A DNA stretch of 64,000 bases from an uncultured Thiodictyon sp. (GTDB lineage Bacteria; Pseudomonadota; Gammaproteobacteria; Chromatiales; Chromatiaceae), in assembly GCF_903946935.1 (NCBI RefSeq), contig NZ_CAJAXH010000014.1:133-64132 (forward strand), in the 5' to 3' direction. A program made the position numbers and the translations under genes. Shown here one piece after another: positions 42,250 through 51,026 of this stretch (position 1 is the first letter of the stretch; every line of letters begins with the position of its first letter). A model generated the notes under the pieces. The model made no database searches, was not told the DNA's origin, and worked only from the letters and a program-made list of their open reading frames with translations.

Positions 42250-43810
42250 GTGACCGGAGCGGTTCAATTGGATCAGCAGTCAGAGTCGGACACCGGCATC
42301 TATCCCTTTTCCACACTGCTCGCGGCGGACCCGGACGCGGGCGATGCGGGCGGTTACAGCATCCTGCTGGCGGGGCTGCGCCACCGCGTTCACCTGCGCC
42401 AGGCGACCCCGCTGCCTGGGCTCTACCGGCGGCAGTTGCGTAAGTTGCGGCTGGACTGGTGCCGGGACTTCACGGACCACGGATGGAACCTGCATCCTTA
42501 TCTGAACACCCCACCAGGCGATGCGTTGCCGGGGCGCTGCTTTGCGCCCGCGCATGCGCTCTGCCCGAGCGCGCATGAGGCGCTATTCGGCAAGAGCTTT
42601 CCGCGCGCGGGCGCGCCGACGACTGATGCGGACCTGGTCTATCGGCGGCTGGATGCGCGGGACCAGGGGTGCCGACACGAGGAGCCGCTGCTGCTATCGC
42701 TGGGCACCGGGGCGCATTGGCTGGGGAGCGAGTTACAGGTGGCCGTGCCGGACGGCGACGGTCCACCCGAGACCCTGGGGTTTCGGGTGGAGTGGGCGGA
42801 TCTGTGGCTGTTCCCTGACAGCCACGCGCTGCACCCGCTGTGCAATGCCGTCCTGGCCTGCAAGCTGGTGCCGACGCGGGTCACGGACCTGAGCGGCGCG
42901 ACCCGGTCCTATGGGGTGGGCGACCTGGCGCTGTTGAATCGCCTGCTGCGTGACCTGGACCACAGCGAGCGGGGCGGGGCCTGGTTGAACGCCGCCGGCG
43001 GTGGGCCGCAGGAGCACTTCTGGGGCGGGGTGCTGCGGCACTGGCTCGGGCTCACCATGGACGGGCCTCGGGTCGCCGCCGGGCCGGAAAACGTGCTGCG
43101 CCTGGAGTCCGGGGATGAGGTCTGGGCCGATCACCGCAGCCACTATGTGAAGGTATTGACCGTCGCGCGCATCGCCCCGCCGCCCGCCGACGGGGGCTTC
43201 TCCTGCCCGCGGGTGGAACCGCCGCTTGCGCCCGCGCGTATGGCCCGGGAGCAGGCCGCCGGCATCTGGTCCCCGGAGCAGTCGGCCTGCCTTCAGGCGC
43301 AGTCACTGGGCTATCCGGGCCTGGGCGAGGCGTTGCTCTACGAGCTAGCGAGTATCTCGCGTGAGGGTAGTGCGCTCGGGCTCAACGGGGACCCGTCCTG
43401 GCAGGCGAATCTGGAGTATCTGCGGGGGCAGTCCGGGGTGGCGATCTGGGAGCACTGGCGGGGGCTGGCGCTGCGCGATACCTGCGCCTTTCTCGCCTGG
43501 CATCCGCGGATGCCGATCCTGGGGCAGGCGGAGTCACGTTACTACCCGCTCTATCTCTGTGGACCAGCGCTCCAACGCCGGGCGTCAGCAGGCCATGCTG
43601 CTGGTGGCCTTGATCTATCCGGCGGGGTTTCTGTGGGACCTCAAGAAAGACCCGATCCTCAAGTATCTGGGGGCCTGGGATACCTGGTGGCTGGCGGCCG
43701 GGACTGGCGCACTGGTGGTCCTGGTCATCGCGCTCTATTTGGTGCTCGGGCCGCGCGTCAGCCGGTGGCTGGGGCGATTGGCGGATTGGGTGAGGCGGCG
43801 GGGATGGTAG
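42250..43810 (+). pseudogene. CorA-like membrane effector (large soluble domain plus 2 TM), frameshifted near 43557
   Basis: Soluble domain (LHPYL, FRVEWADLWLFPD, VLACKL, DLALLNRLLR, YYPLYL) in the 42250 frame; two hydrophobic helices (MLLVALIYPAGFLW; WWLAAGTGALVVLVIALYLVL) in the +1 frame ending at TAG 43810. Family call is by recalled resemblance, not by search. Confidence 0.55.
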
Positions 43811-43901
43811 GCCATCGGCGGGCTCGGTGCGGTGCGCCCAGCACCGGTGACACCGTGAAGACGCTGGGCAGGTATCGGTGCGGGGGCAAAGACGCTTGCG
43901 T

Positions 43902-44035
43902 CTGGGAGCGCCGACATTCTGTCGGCCAACCGCCGCAGGCGGTTCGCAGTTTCGAGGTTAATCCCATAGGGCGTTGTTTGCGCGATGACCCAACGGCGCT
44001 GCGCGCCGTGGCCGACAGAATGTCGGCGCTCCCAG
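43902..44035. repeat. REPIN/MITE-like element with 25-27 bp inverted ends
   Basis: CTGGGAGCGCCGACATTCTGTCGGC ... GCCGACAGAATGTCGGCGCTCCCAG. Confidence 0.85.
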
Positions 44036-44112
44036 GCGCCGCCTGACGGCGGTGGGGTGCCTGCGAATACCTCGCCAGTCTCAAAGCGGTGTCGCAAGCC
44101 TATGGTCCTATC

Positions 44113-45198
44113 ATGACCGATCTTCTCTATCGCTTCGTCCCCATGGGTGCGACCGCCGCGCCGGACCCGCGCCGGCTGTGGCTCGACGTGGGCAACCGCT
44201 TCGGCCCTGGTCTGATCGATCACCATCAGCCCGACGGCCCAGACCGCTGCACGGCGGCCCTGGTGCTGGAACAGGAGGCGACCATTCTGGCCCAGGCGCA
44301 GGCGCTGCCGGCGGGTGAACCGCTGGAGATCGTCACCCACCGCCAGCCGGATCTGGACGCCATCACCGCGACCTATTTTGTGGAGTCGCTGCTCCACGGG
44401 ACCCTGTCCCGCCCGGCGGCGGATCGGTGGGCGGCGGCGGTCTGCGCCGTCGACCGCGGGCATACCCGCCTGGAGCCGGACCGGCCGATTACCCCCTATG
44501 CCGTCTTTCTCGCCTGCCTGGAACTGGCGCGGCAGGACGCGGATCCGGACCCGGCCCAACCCGATGGGACCAGCCTGGCCGCGGTGCGGGCCGGCCAGCG
44601 GTTCGTCGCCTGGGTGGTCGGGCAGTTGGCGGCGGGGGTCGGGCTGGACCAGTTGGGCGCGCGGCTGGCGGCCGAGCCCGCCTGGGCGGCGCCGCTCGAC
44701 CTGGTCCGCGCGGATCAGGGGCGCTACCGGCGTGACCTGGCGCGTGCCGAGCGCCTGACGGTCGCCTTGCCGCGTGCGACGGGCGAAGGGGGCGAGCGGG
44801 TGCCGGGGCTCTGGATTGCGGCCCCCGAGTCGCTGTTGTTCAAGGCCTGGGCGCGGGGCGACCGTGCGGGTGCCGAGGACCCCCGGGGCTTCGTCTTCAC
44901 TGCGGTCGAGTTGTCGCCGACCCGGGTCATCCTGAGTGTTGCGCCCGGACTGGGGCTCTGGCTCAACGGGCTGGGCGAGGCCCTGGAGGCGGCGGAGACC
45001 GCGCAGCGGCGGCGCCTCGGCCGCCCGCGCCGGGGTGAGCCGCGCCCTGGCTATGCCGGCCCGGACCCCTGGTATGACGGCCGCTCCCCGCTGCATGGCT
45101 ATACCATCGTGGACGCACCGCACGGCGGCACCCTGCTCGCCCCGGCGCAGGTCCGGGCGGTCTTTGCGCAGTGGCTCGCCGGGGCGTCGCCGAACTGA
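44113..45198 (+). CDS. DHH-superfamily phosphoesterase, apparently circularly permuted
   Basis: LWLDVGN, IDHHQ, then VTHRQPDLDA. Confidence 0.65.
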   Translation: MTDLLYRFVPMGATAAPDPRRLWLDVGNRFGPGLIDHHQPDGPDRCTAALVLEQEATILAQAQALPAGEPLEIVTHRQPDLDAITATYFVESLLHGTLSRPAADRWAAAVCAVDRGHTRLEPDRPITPYAVFLACLELARQDADPDPAQPDGTSLAAVRAGQRFVAWVVGQLAAGVGLDQLGARLAAEPAWAAPLDLVRADQGRYRRDLARAERLTVALPRATGEGGERVPGLWIAAPESLLFKAWARGDRAGAEDPRGFVFTAVELSPTRVILSVAPGLGLWLNGLGEALEAAETAQRRRLGRPRRGEPRPGYAGPDPWYDGRSPLHGYTIVDAPHGGTLLAPAQVRAVFAQWLAGASPN

Positions 45199-45519
45199 TG
45201 GTTAAATCCCCCTGCATCAAGGTCTGCCGGCTGGACCCCGCGCTCGGCCTATGCCTCGGCTGTTTTCGCACGCGCGACGAAATCGCCGTTTGGCAGCGGG
45301 CGAGCGATGGCGTTAGGCTAGCAGGCTGTCGGACTTAGTGATGCAACCGATTGAATGCAAAGAGTTTCATCTTTTGCGCCAAAAAGTCGTTTTCCTGTTT
45401 AATCAATCGGTTACGCCATCAAGTCCGACAGGCTGCTAGGGATACTGGCCACGGTGGCCCGTCGCCGCGAGGAACACGATCCCTGGCAGGGCGATTTTCG
45501 ATGCGATTGCGAGGACTAA
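45198..45519 (+). pseudogene. DUF1289-family Fe-S/Cys-rich protein interrupted by the 118 bp MITE
   Basis: Removing the MITE gives MVKSPCIKVCRLDPALGLCLGCFRTRDEIAVWQRASDGVRLGILATVARRREEHDPWQGDFRCDCED*. Confidence 0.85.
45318..45439. mobile_element. 118 bp MITE with CTAG target duplication, copy B (inverted relative to A)
   Basis: Reverse complement matches copy A except at about 2 positions; CTAG at 45318-21 and 45436-39. Confidence 0.9.
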
Positions 45520-45717
45520 ATGAGCGATTTTGAAAAATATCCCTGTGTCGGCGTGTGTGAGGACGACCCGGTGTCCGGCTATTGCCAGGGCTGCGGCCGA
45601 CCGCCGATCGAATTTCCAGCGGAGACGCCCGAGCAGGTGCCGCCGGCAACGGCCGCCGCCGGCTCTTCACCAGTGGCGGCCACGGCCATCAAGGGCGATT
45701 GGCCGCCGCTGAACTAG
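45520..45717 (+). CDS. Second DUF1289-like small Cys-rich protein
   Basis: YPCVGVCEDDPVSGYCQGCGRP; TAAATG junction with the upstream gene. Confidence 0.65.
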   Translation: MSDFEKYPCVGVCEDDPVSGYCQGCGRPPIEFPAETPEQVPPATAAAGSSPVAATAIKGDWPPLN

Positions 45718-45727
45718 CCCGCATCGC

Positions 45728-46882
45728 TCACCGCGCCAAGGCGGTGCGCGCCAGCGTCACCCAGTAGCTGACACCGATCGGTAACACCGCGTCGTTGAAG
45801 TCGTAGTGTGGGTTGTGCAGGCCGCCGCCGTCCGGGCCGTTGCCCAGCCACACATAGCAGCCAGGTTTCACCGCCAGCATGTAGGCAAAATCCTCTCCGC
45901 CCATTGAGGGTTCGACGTCGGTCATCAGTCGCTCCTCGCCACAGACCGCTGCGGCCACCCCGCGGCAGAAGGCGCTGGCCGCCCGATCGTTGATCGTCGG
46001 CGGAAATCGCTGGTCGTAGGTGACGGCGATGTGTGCGCCCTGGGCGGCAGCGATGCCGCTGCACAGTCGCTCAATGCTCGCCTCGACCGCGGCCTGCACC
46101 TCGGCCTTGAAGGTGCGGATGGTGCCGCGCAGGATGACCTCCTCGGGGATGATGTTCCAGGCCTCGCCGGCATGGATCTGGGTGACGCTCAACACCGCCG
46201 GGTCGCAGGGATCGAGGCGCCGGCTGACGACCGTCTGTAACGCCTGCACCAATTGTGCGGCGGTCACGATCGCGTCCACGCCCTGTTGCGGCATGGCGGC
46301 GTGGCAGCCGTCGCCCTGCACCCGGATCTCGAAGGCGCAGGTGCCGGCCATCACCGGCCCCGGCAGCGCCGCCATACAGCCCACCGGGACCCCGGGCCAG
46401 TTGTGCAGCCCATAGACCGCGTCGACCGGAAAGCGCTCGAACAGGCCGTCCGCAATCATCAAGGGCGCGCCGCCGTCGGCCTCTTCGGCCGGCTGGAAGA
46501 TGAAGACGACCGTGCCGTCGAACTCGCGATGGTCCGCCAGATAGCGGGCCGCGCCGAGCAGCATGGCGGTGTGGCCGTCATGACCGCAGGCGTGCATCCG
46601 CCCGGGGTAGCGCGAGCGGTGCGCCACGGTGTTGAGTTCTGCCATCGGCAGGGCGTCCATATCGGCGCGCAGACCGATGGCGCGCGGCGATTCGCCGGCG
46701 CGCAACACGGCGACGACACCGGTTTTCGCCAGGCCGCCGTGTACTTCAAGCCCATAGGCGGTCAGCTCGCGCGCCACCACCTCGGCGGTGCGCTCTTCCG
46801 CAAAGGCCAGTTCGGGATGGGCATGCAGGTCGCGGCGCAGGGCCGTGAGTTCAGCGATGAAAGGCAGGTCGATCAAGGGCAT
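45728..46882 (-). CDS. M20D amidohydrolase (hippurate hydrolase-like)
   Basis: LHAHPELAFAE, LRADMDALP, MHACGHDGHTAMLL, FQPAEE, GGEDFAY, LHNPHYDFND. Confidence 0.92.
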   Translation of the reverse strand: MPLIDLPFIAELTALRRDLHAHPELAFAEERTAEVVARELTAYGLEVHGGLAKTGVVAVLRAGESPRAIGLRADMDALPMAELNTVAHRSRYPGRMHACGHDGHTAMLLGAARYLADHREFDGTVVFIFQPAEEADGGAPLMIADGLFERFPVDAVYGLHNWPGVPVGCMAALPGPVMAGTCAFEIRVQGDGCHAAMPQQGVDAIVTAAQLVQALQTVVSRRLDPCDPAVLSVTQIHAGEAWNIIPEEVILRGTIRTFKAEVQAAVEASIERLCSGIAAAQGAHIAVTYDQRFPPTINDRAASAFCRGVAAAVCGEERLMTDVEPSMGGEDFAYMLAVKPGCYVWLGNGPDGGGLHNPHYDFNDAVLPIGVSYWVTLARTALAR

Positions 46883-47176
46883 GTTGAGACTCCTTTGCGT
46901 TGATCTAAGACACCGGGGTGAATCGCTACCCGACGTGCGCAGCCGAGTCCGATGGCACCTTCCTGGCCCGTTGCGCCCTGTGGCCCGAGTTCGACGGCCG
47001 CACCCTAAAGGCCGCCGACCAAACTGAGAGTTGCAAGTATAGGCCCGCCCTGTGCAAGGCGGCGCCTAATTCGGTCAATTCAGTGACCGGGTCAACACGG
47101 CTTATTCGCCATCGTTCGGGTTGCGCGTGGCAGCGTGCCGTTCGGCACTGCCCGACCAGTGCCAGTCCATGTTCGT

Positions 47177-47731
47177 TCAGCGTTCATTGCGGTGTCTGAA
47201 TGCCCAAGGCGTTTGCTGCTCCCCCGGCCGCGACCAGATCCCCAATCGCGCCTGCCGTGCCGCCTGCTCGGCACGGTCGAAACCTGGGTCTTTGCAATAG
47301 TGACGATAGACTGCCGCCTGGCCGCTCGCCACCTGTTGCAGATTGAGCAGCGGGCGTCCCGGGCCAGTGCCGTAGACCTTCCCGACGATTCGCCCAAAGC
47401 GGTCGGTGTCGAGCGGCTCAAGTTCGACCCGGTGCGGGGCGATCGCCTCCAGGTGTCGCAGCGACCGCTTGCCCCAGGGGTCCTGTTCCCACTCCGGGGC
47501 ATCGATGCAATACAGCCGGACCTCGAGGGTCCGGCCGTTACACCGCAGTTCCAGCGAGTCCCCGTCGAAGACGCGCACCAGGGTGCAACTCAGGGGTGGC
47601 GTGTCTGCCGGCGATTCCTTGGCCCAGGGTGTCGACGCCCCCTGAGCGCCGACCAAGGTCAGGACCAAGGCGAGGCATCCGCGCCAGCGCGCGCGGGTTA
47701 GTGCGCTGTTCCGGGGGCCTGAGTTGGACAT
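47177..47731 (-). CDS. Thermonuclease (SNase-like) family protein with signal/TM segment
   Basis: VFDGDSL, VRLYCIDAPE, DRFGRIVG, ARQARLGIWS. Confidence 0.9.
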   Translation of the reverse strand: MSNSGPRNSALTRARWRGCLALVLTLVGAQGASTPWAKESPADTPPLSCTLVRVFDGDSLELRCNGRTLEVRLYCIDAPEWEQDPWGKRSLRHLEAIAPHRVELEPLDTDRFGRIVGKVYGTGPGRPLLNLQQVASGQAAVYRHYCKDPGFDRAEQAARQARLGIWSRPGEQQTPWAFRHRNER

Positions 47732-47833
47732 GGTTCGACCCTCCCGGGCCTGCTGCACCTGACGGATAAGCGCGCTACCATAACCCGCGGCACCCGCGGC
47801 GTCGCGGGCGGCCCGCTGGCCGAGACTTTTGCA

Positions 47834-47965
47834 ATGAGGCCGATCCGATGTTGGGATGACGCCACCGCCCAGGCAGCGGAAGAGACCGGGCTCTCCGATT
47901 TCCCGGATACCTGTCCCTGGGACAAGCACGAGGTGCTGGATCAAGACTGGCTGCCCGAGGAGTGA
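47834..47965 (+). pseudogene. 3' remnant of a DUF29-family gene
   Basis: WDDATAQAAEETGLSDFPDTCPWDKHEVLDQDWLPEE* matches the typical DUF29 C-terminus; no N-terminal part. Confidence 0.6.
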
Positions 47966-48002
47966 CTGGCGCGTCTTACCTTGCAAGTCAGCCCGGCACC
48001 CG

Positions 48003-48124
48003 GTGGGAGCGGCTTCAGCCGCGACGCGATCTCACAAGCTGCCGTGGCCTCGTCGCGGCTGAAGCCGCTCCCACGGGGGGACTTTCATCGTTCGCTGCCG
48101 TAGGAGCGGCCCCCAGGCCGCGAC
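48003..48124. repeat. REPIN-like doublet plus GTAG-class REP
   Basis: GTGGGAGCGGCTTCAGCCGCGA...TCGCGGCTGAAGCCGCTCCCAC (48003-48074); CGTAGGAGCGGCCCCCAGGCCGCGAC (48099-48124), identical to 38120-38145. Confidence 0.85.
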
Positions 48125-48178
48125 CGGTTGCACGAGGGCGCGGGGCCGCAGCGACGACCAAGGACAAACCGGGCCGAC

Positions 48179-49414
48179 TTATCGGATAACCCCTTGGGTG
48201 CGCGCGGCGCGCAGCCATTGCGGAAACTCCGCAAGCAAACGGTCATAGAGTTGCTCATCGGTCAGGTCGTGGAGATCGTCGATGGCAAAAAATCCGCAGT
48301 TGTCGACCAACCGACCGGGCATGGTGTCCAGCCGTTCCAGCGCGCCATAGTTGCGCCCGCCAAGCCCCATGAATTGCCAGAAGATCGGGTAGCGGGCGGC
48401 CTCGATCGTCAGCTCGACGATTTCTTTGTTCCGATGAATCCCGCCGTCGGTCACGAACAGCACATAGGCCGGCGGTGCATCCGGCGTGGCGCGGTAGTGG
48501 TCGATCGCCAGACGCATGACCTTGGGTTCGTCGTTGGCGCCACCGTACCAGGCCCGCCAGCCGCCCCCGGCCGTTTCGGTATAGCCGGCAATGTTGTGGA
48601 CGGTCGCCGGCGGCAGGGTCTTGGGGGTATCGTCGAAGGCCCAGACATCCAGTGCGCCGTCATCGTCGAAGTGCAGGGCCAGGGGCAGGGCGCGGTCCAG
48701 CAGTTCTTGGACCCGCCCGGTCTTGTATTGCCGGTTCATCGAGCGGCTGGCATCCAGGACCACACCGACTCGGGCCAGGGTCTCCTGCAAGCCCTGCTTT
48801 TTCAGACTGATGGTCGCTTGTTTAGCGAGGTCGATCAGCTGCGGTGCGTCTTTTTCGAGGCGCTTTTCCAAAGACAGTCGGGGCGGCGGCAAGGGCGGGG
48901 CCGCGGCCACCTCGCCGCCGAAGTGCCGCACCAGTGCGTCCATGCCGCCGTTGAAACCGGCGCCGGTGGCCGCGACTCGCCAGGCCCCGCCCTTGCGGTA
49001 GAGTTCGATCAGCATCAGTGCCCGCTCCTGCGCGAAGTCATCCCCGGTGAACGCAAAGACCGCACGCCGTTCGCCGGCCGCGAGCGCCACCTGACCGCTC
49101 ACCAAGGTACTCATGGTGCCTGGCCCGTCGATGGCGGCGACGAACACCAGCCGCTCGATCATGTCGGGTAGCCGGTCGAGCGCGAGGTCGAATCCAGCCG
49201 CGGCACCCGCGGCATTGGCGATCCGCACGCCGCCGCAGGGGGTCGCTGGCTGGTTGAAGAAGACCAGGTAGCGGTCGTCCGAGAGTTGGCTGTTGGCGTC
49301 GAGACCGAAACACGAGACATCGACCGCCACGCCCCGCAGATCGATCTCGATCCGCAAGGTGGTCGAGCCGATCAACTCCGCGAGGGACAGGCGTTGGCCG
49401 CGGGCAAGCTGCAT
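48179..49414 (-). CDS. TerD-domain plus vWA-domain protein (TerF-like)
   Basis: VDVSCFGLDA...DDRYLVFFNQ, ELYRKGGAWRV.A.GAGFNGG; vWA VVLDASRSM, LFVTDGG, IFWQFMGLG. Confidence 0.85.
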   Translation of the reverse strand: MQLARGQRLSLAELIGSTTLRIEIDLRGVAVDVSCFGLDANSQLSDDRYLVFFNQPATPCGGVRIANAAGAAAGFDLALDRLPDMIERLVFVAAIDGPGTMSTLVSGQVALAAGERRAVFAFTGDDFAQERALMLIELYRKGGAWRVAATGAGFNGGMDALVRHFGGEVAAAPPLPPPRLSLEKRLEKDAPQLIDLAKQATISLKKQGLQETLARVGVVLDASRSMNRQYKTGRVQELLDRALPLALHFDDDGALDVWAFDDTPKTLPPATVHNIAGYTETAGGGWRAWYGGANDEPKVMRLAIDHYRATPDAPPAYVLFVTDGGIHRNKEIVELTIEAARYPIFWQFMGLGGRNYGALERLDTMPGRLVDNCGFFAIDDLHDLTDEQLYDRLLAEFPQWLRAARTQGVIR

Positions 49415-49550
49415 AATGAACCTCATTCTTGGGGCCGGATGTCATGCCCAGGCAGGGCTTGAGGAAACGTCGCGCTATCTCTAACATGGCTGGGGCGACG
49501 GCGCCGCCGCTTGCATATTAACGACTATTCGACCAATAGGGAGGTATTTC

Positions 49551-49826
49551 ATGACGGCTGAACAACCGAAAAATCCATTGCACGGAGTGACTCTGGAAGC
49601 TGTCTTAGCGACGCTGGTCGATCATTACGGCTGGGAGGGTCTCGCGGACAAGATCGACATCAATTGTTTCAAGAATGATCCTTCGGTGAAATCCAGTTTG
49701 AAATTTCTGCGAAAAACCCCCTGGGCCAGGGCGCAAGTGGAGGGTTTGTATATTGCTACAGTCACCACGCCAAGCACCGTATGGGGGAGGCTGCCTGGCG
49801 CGAGCCAAGGATCATCATCTGCATGA
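49551..49826 (+). CDS. VF530/DUF2132 family small protein
   Basis: [37 protein letters not shown]. Confidence 0.88.
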   Translation: MTAEQPKNPLHGVTLEAVLATLVDHYGWEGLADKIDINCFKNDPSVKSSLKFLRKTPWARAQVEGLYIATVTTPSTVWGRLPGASQGSSSA

Positions 49827-49995
49827 ACAGGCCAAAAGCCCTTGGCCTTGGTCATCATTGTGGTCCCCGGCACTCCCGGCGCGGAGCGCCTGACACCGGC
49901 GTGACACCGCTGGAGCGGTGTCGCGAGGGCGAGCGGTGTCGCGGACGCGGGCTTGTGCTATCCATCATAACCGCTCTTGAGCAATGGGTGGGGCA

Positions 49996-50871
49996 ATGCA
50001 CTGGCTACCACTGTCGCTGATCTGCGCGCTGAGCCTCGCGAGTGCGGACGCTGCCACCAAGGCATGGCTGCAAGGATTCTCCGCGCGTGAATTGGCGGTC
50101 GTGCGGTTCGGCCTGACCGGGCTGCTCATGACCCCGCTGCTCGCGGGTTTGCCATCCCTGACCGCCCTGCCGGTGCAATTCTGGTGGACCCTGGCCGTGC
50201 TGGTGCCGTTGGAGGTCCTGGCCATACTGCTCTATATGGCGGCGATCCGCGACCATCCGCTCTCGCTCACCCTGCCTTATCTCGCATTCACCCCGGTCTT
50301 CGTGATCGGTATTGCCTGGGTGCTGCTGGGAGAGCGGGTCAGTGCCAGGGGCGCGGTCGGGGTGCTATTGGTGGTGGCCGGGGCCTGGCTGCTCAATGGC
50401 GACCAGGCGCGGGCGCTTGACTGGCGCACTTGGGGGCGGCCATTGCGGGCCATCCTCTATGAGCGGGGCTCGCGGATGATGCTCGCGGTGGCGCTCATCT
50501 ATGCCCTGACCGCCACCCTGGGCAAAGGGGCCATGCGCTATCTGGGGCCTGAGCGGTTCGGGCCCTTCTATTTCGGGGCGCTGGGTCTTGCGGTCATCCT
50601 GGTCTTCGCCGTGCCGCGCCCACGACTCCTGCTCAAACTCGCCTCGCGGCCCCTGCCGGTGCTGGCAGTCGCGGCGCTCAGCGGCATGATGGCCTATACC
50701 CATTTTCTCGCCATCCAGCAGGTCGAGGTGGCCTACATGATCGCGGTCAAGCGCACCAGTCTGCTCTTCGGTATCCTCTATGGCGTCCTGTGGTTCAAAG
50801 AACGGGGGCTCCTGCGGCGTCTGCCGGCCGGGGGGCTGATGGTGGCCGGGGTGGTCTTGATACTGATTTGA
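49996..50871 (+). CDS. EamA/DMT family transporter
   Basis: About 10 hydrophobic helices in two repeats; LSLTLPYLAFTPVF, LLGERVS, YMIAVKRTS. Confidence 0.85.
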   Translation: MHWLPLSLICALSLASADAATKAWLQGFSARELAVVRFGLTGLLMTPLLAGLPSLTALPVQFWWTLAVLVPLEVLAILLYMAAIRDHPLSLTLPYLAFTPVFVIGIAWVLLGERVSARGAVGVLLVVAGAWLLNGDQARALDWRTWGRPLRAILYERGSRMMLAVALIYALTATLGKGAMRYLGPERFGPFYFGALGLAVILVFAVPRPRLLLKLASRPLPVLAVAALSGMMAYTHFLAIQQVEVAYMIAVKRTSLLFGILYGVLWFKERGLLRRLPAGGLMVAGVVLILI

Positions 50872-51026
50872 TGGTGTCGGCGGCGGCTGGCCGTTCCCCC
50901 ACCCCGCCCGCCCCCACGAGGGGGGGAGGGAGAGTTGGAGCGCGCTCCCGGCGCGACTTTCACGGTAAGCTGCACCTTCGCCATGGTGCCGGGTCATCGG
51001 CGTCCCTACAATGAAGAGGCTGTGCA

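Noticed and set aside
43811-44046. C-terminal 160 aa of the 598-aa ORF 42250-44046 as real protein
   Set aside because: Low-complexity read-through after the frameshift; it overlaps the true TM-coding frame and a REPIN.
46900-47170. Possible riboswitch/ncRNA upstream of the amidohydrolase
   Set aside because: No consensus motif recognisable by eye; would need Infernal/Rfam.
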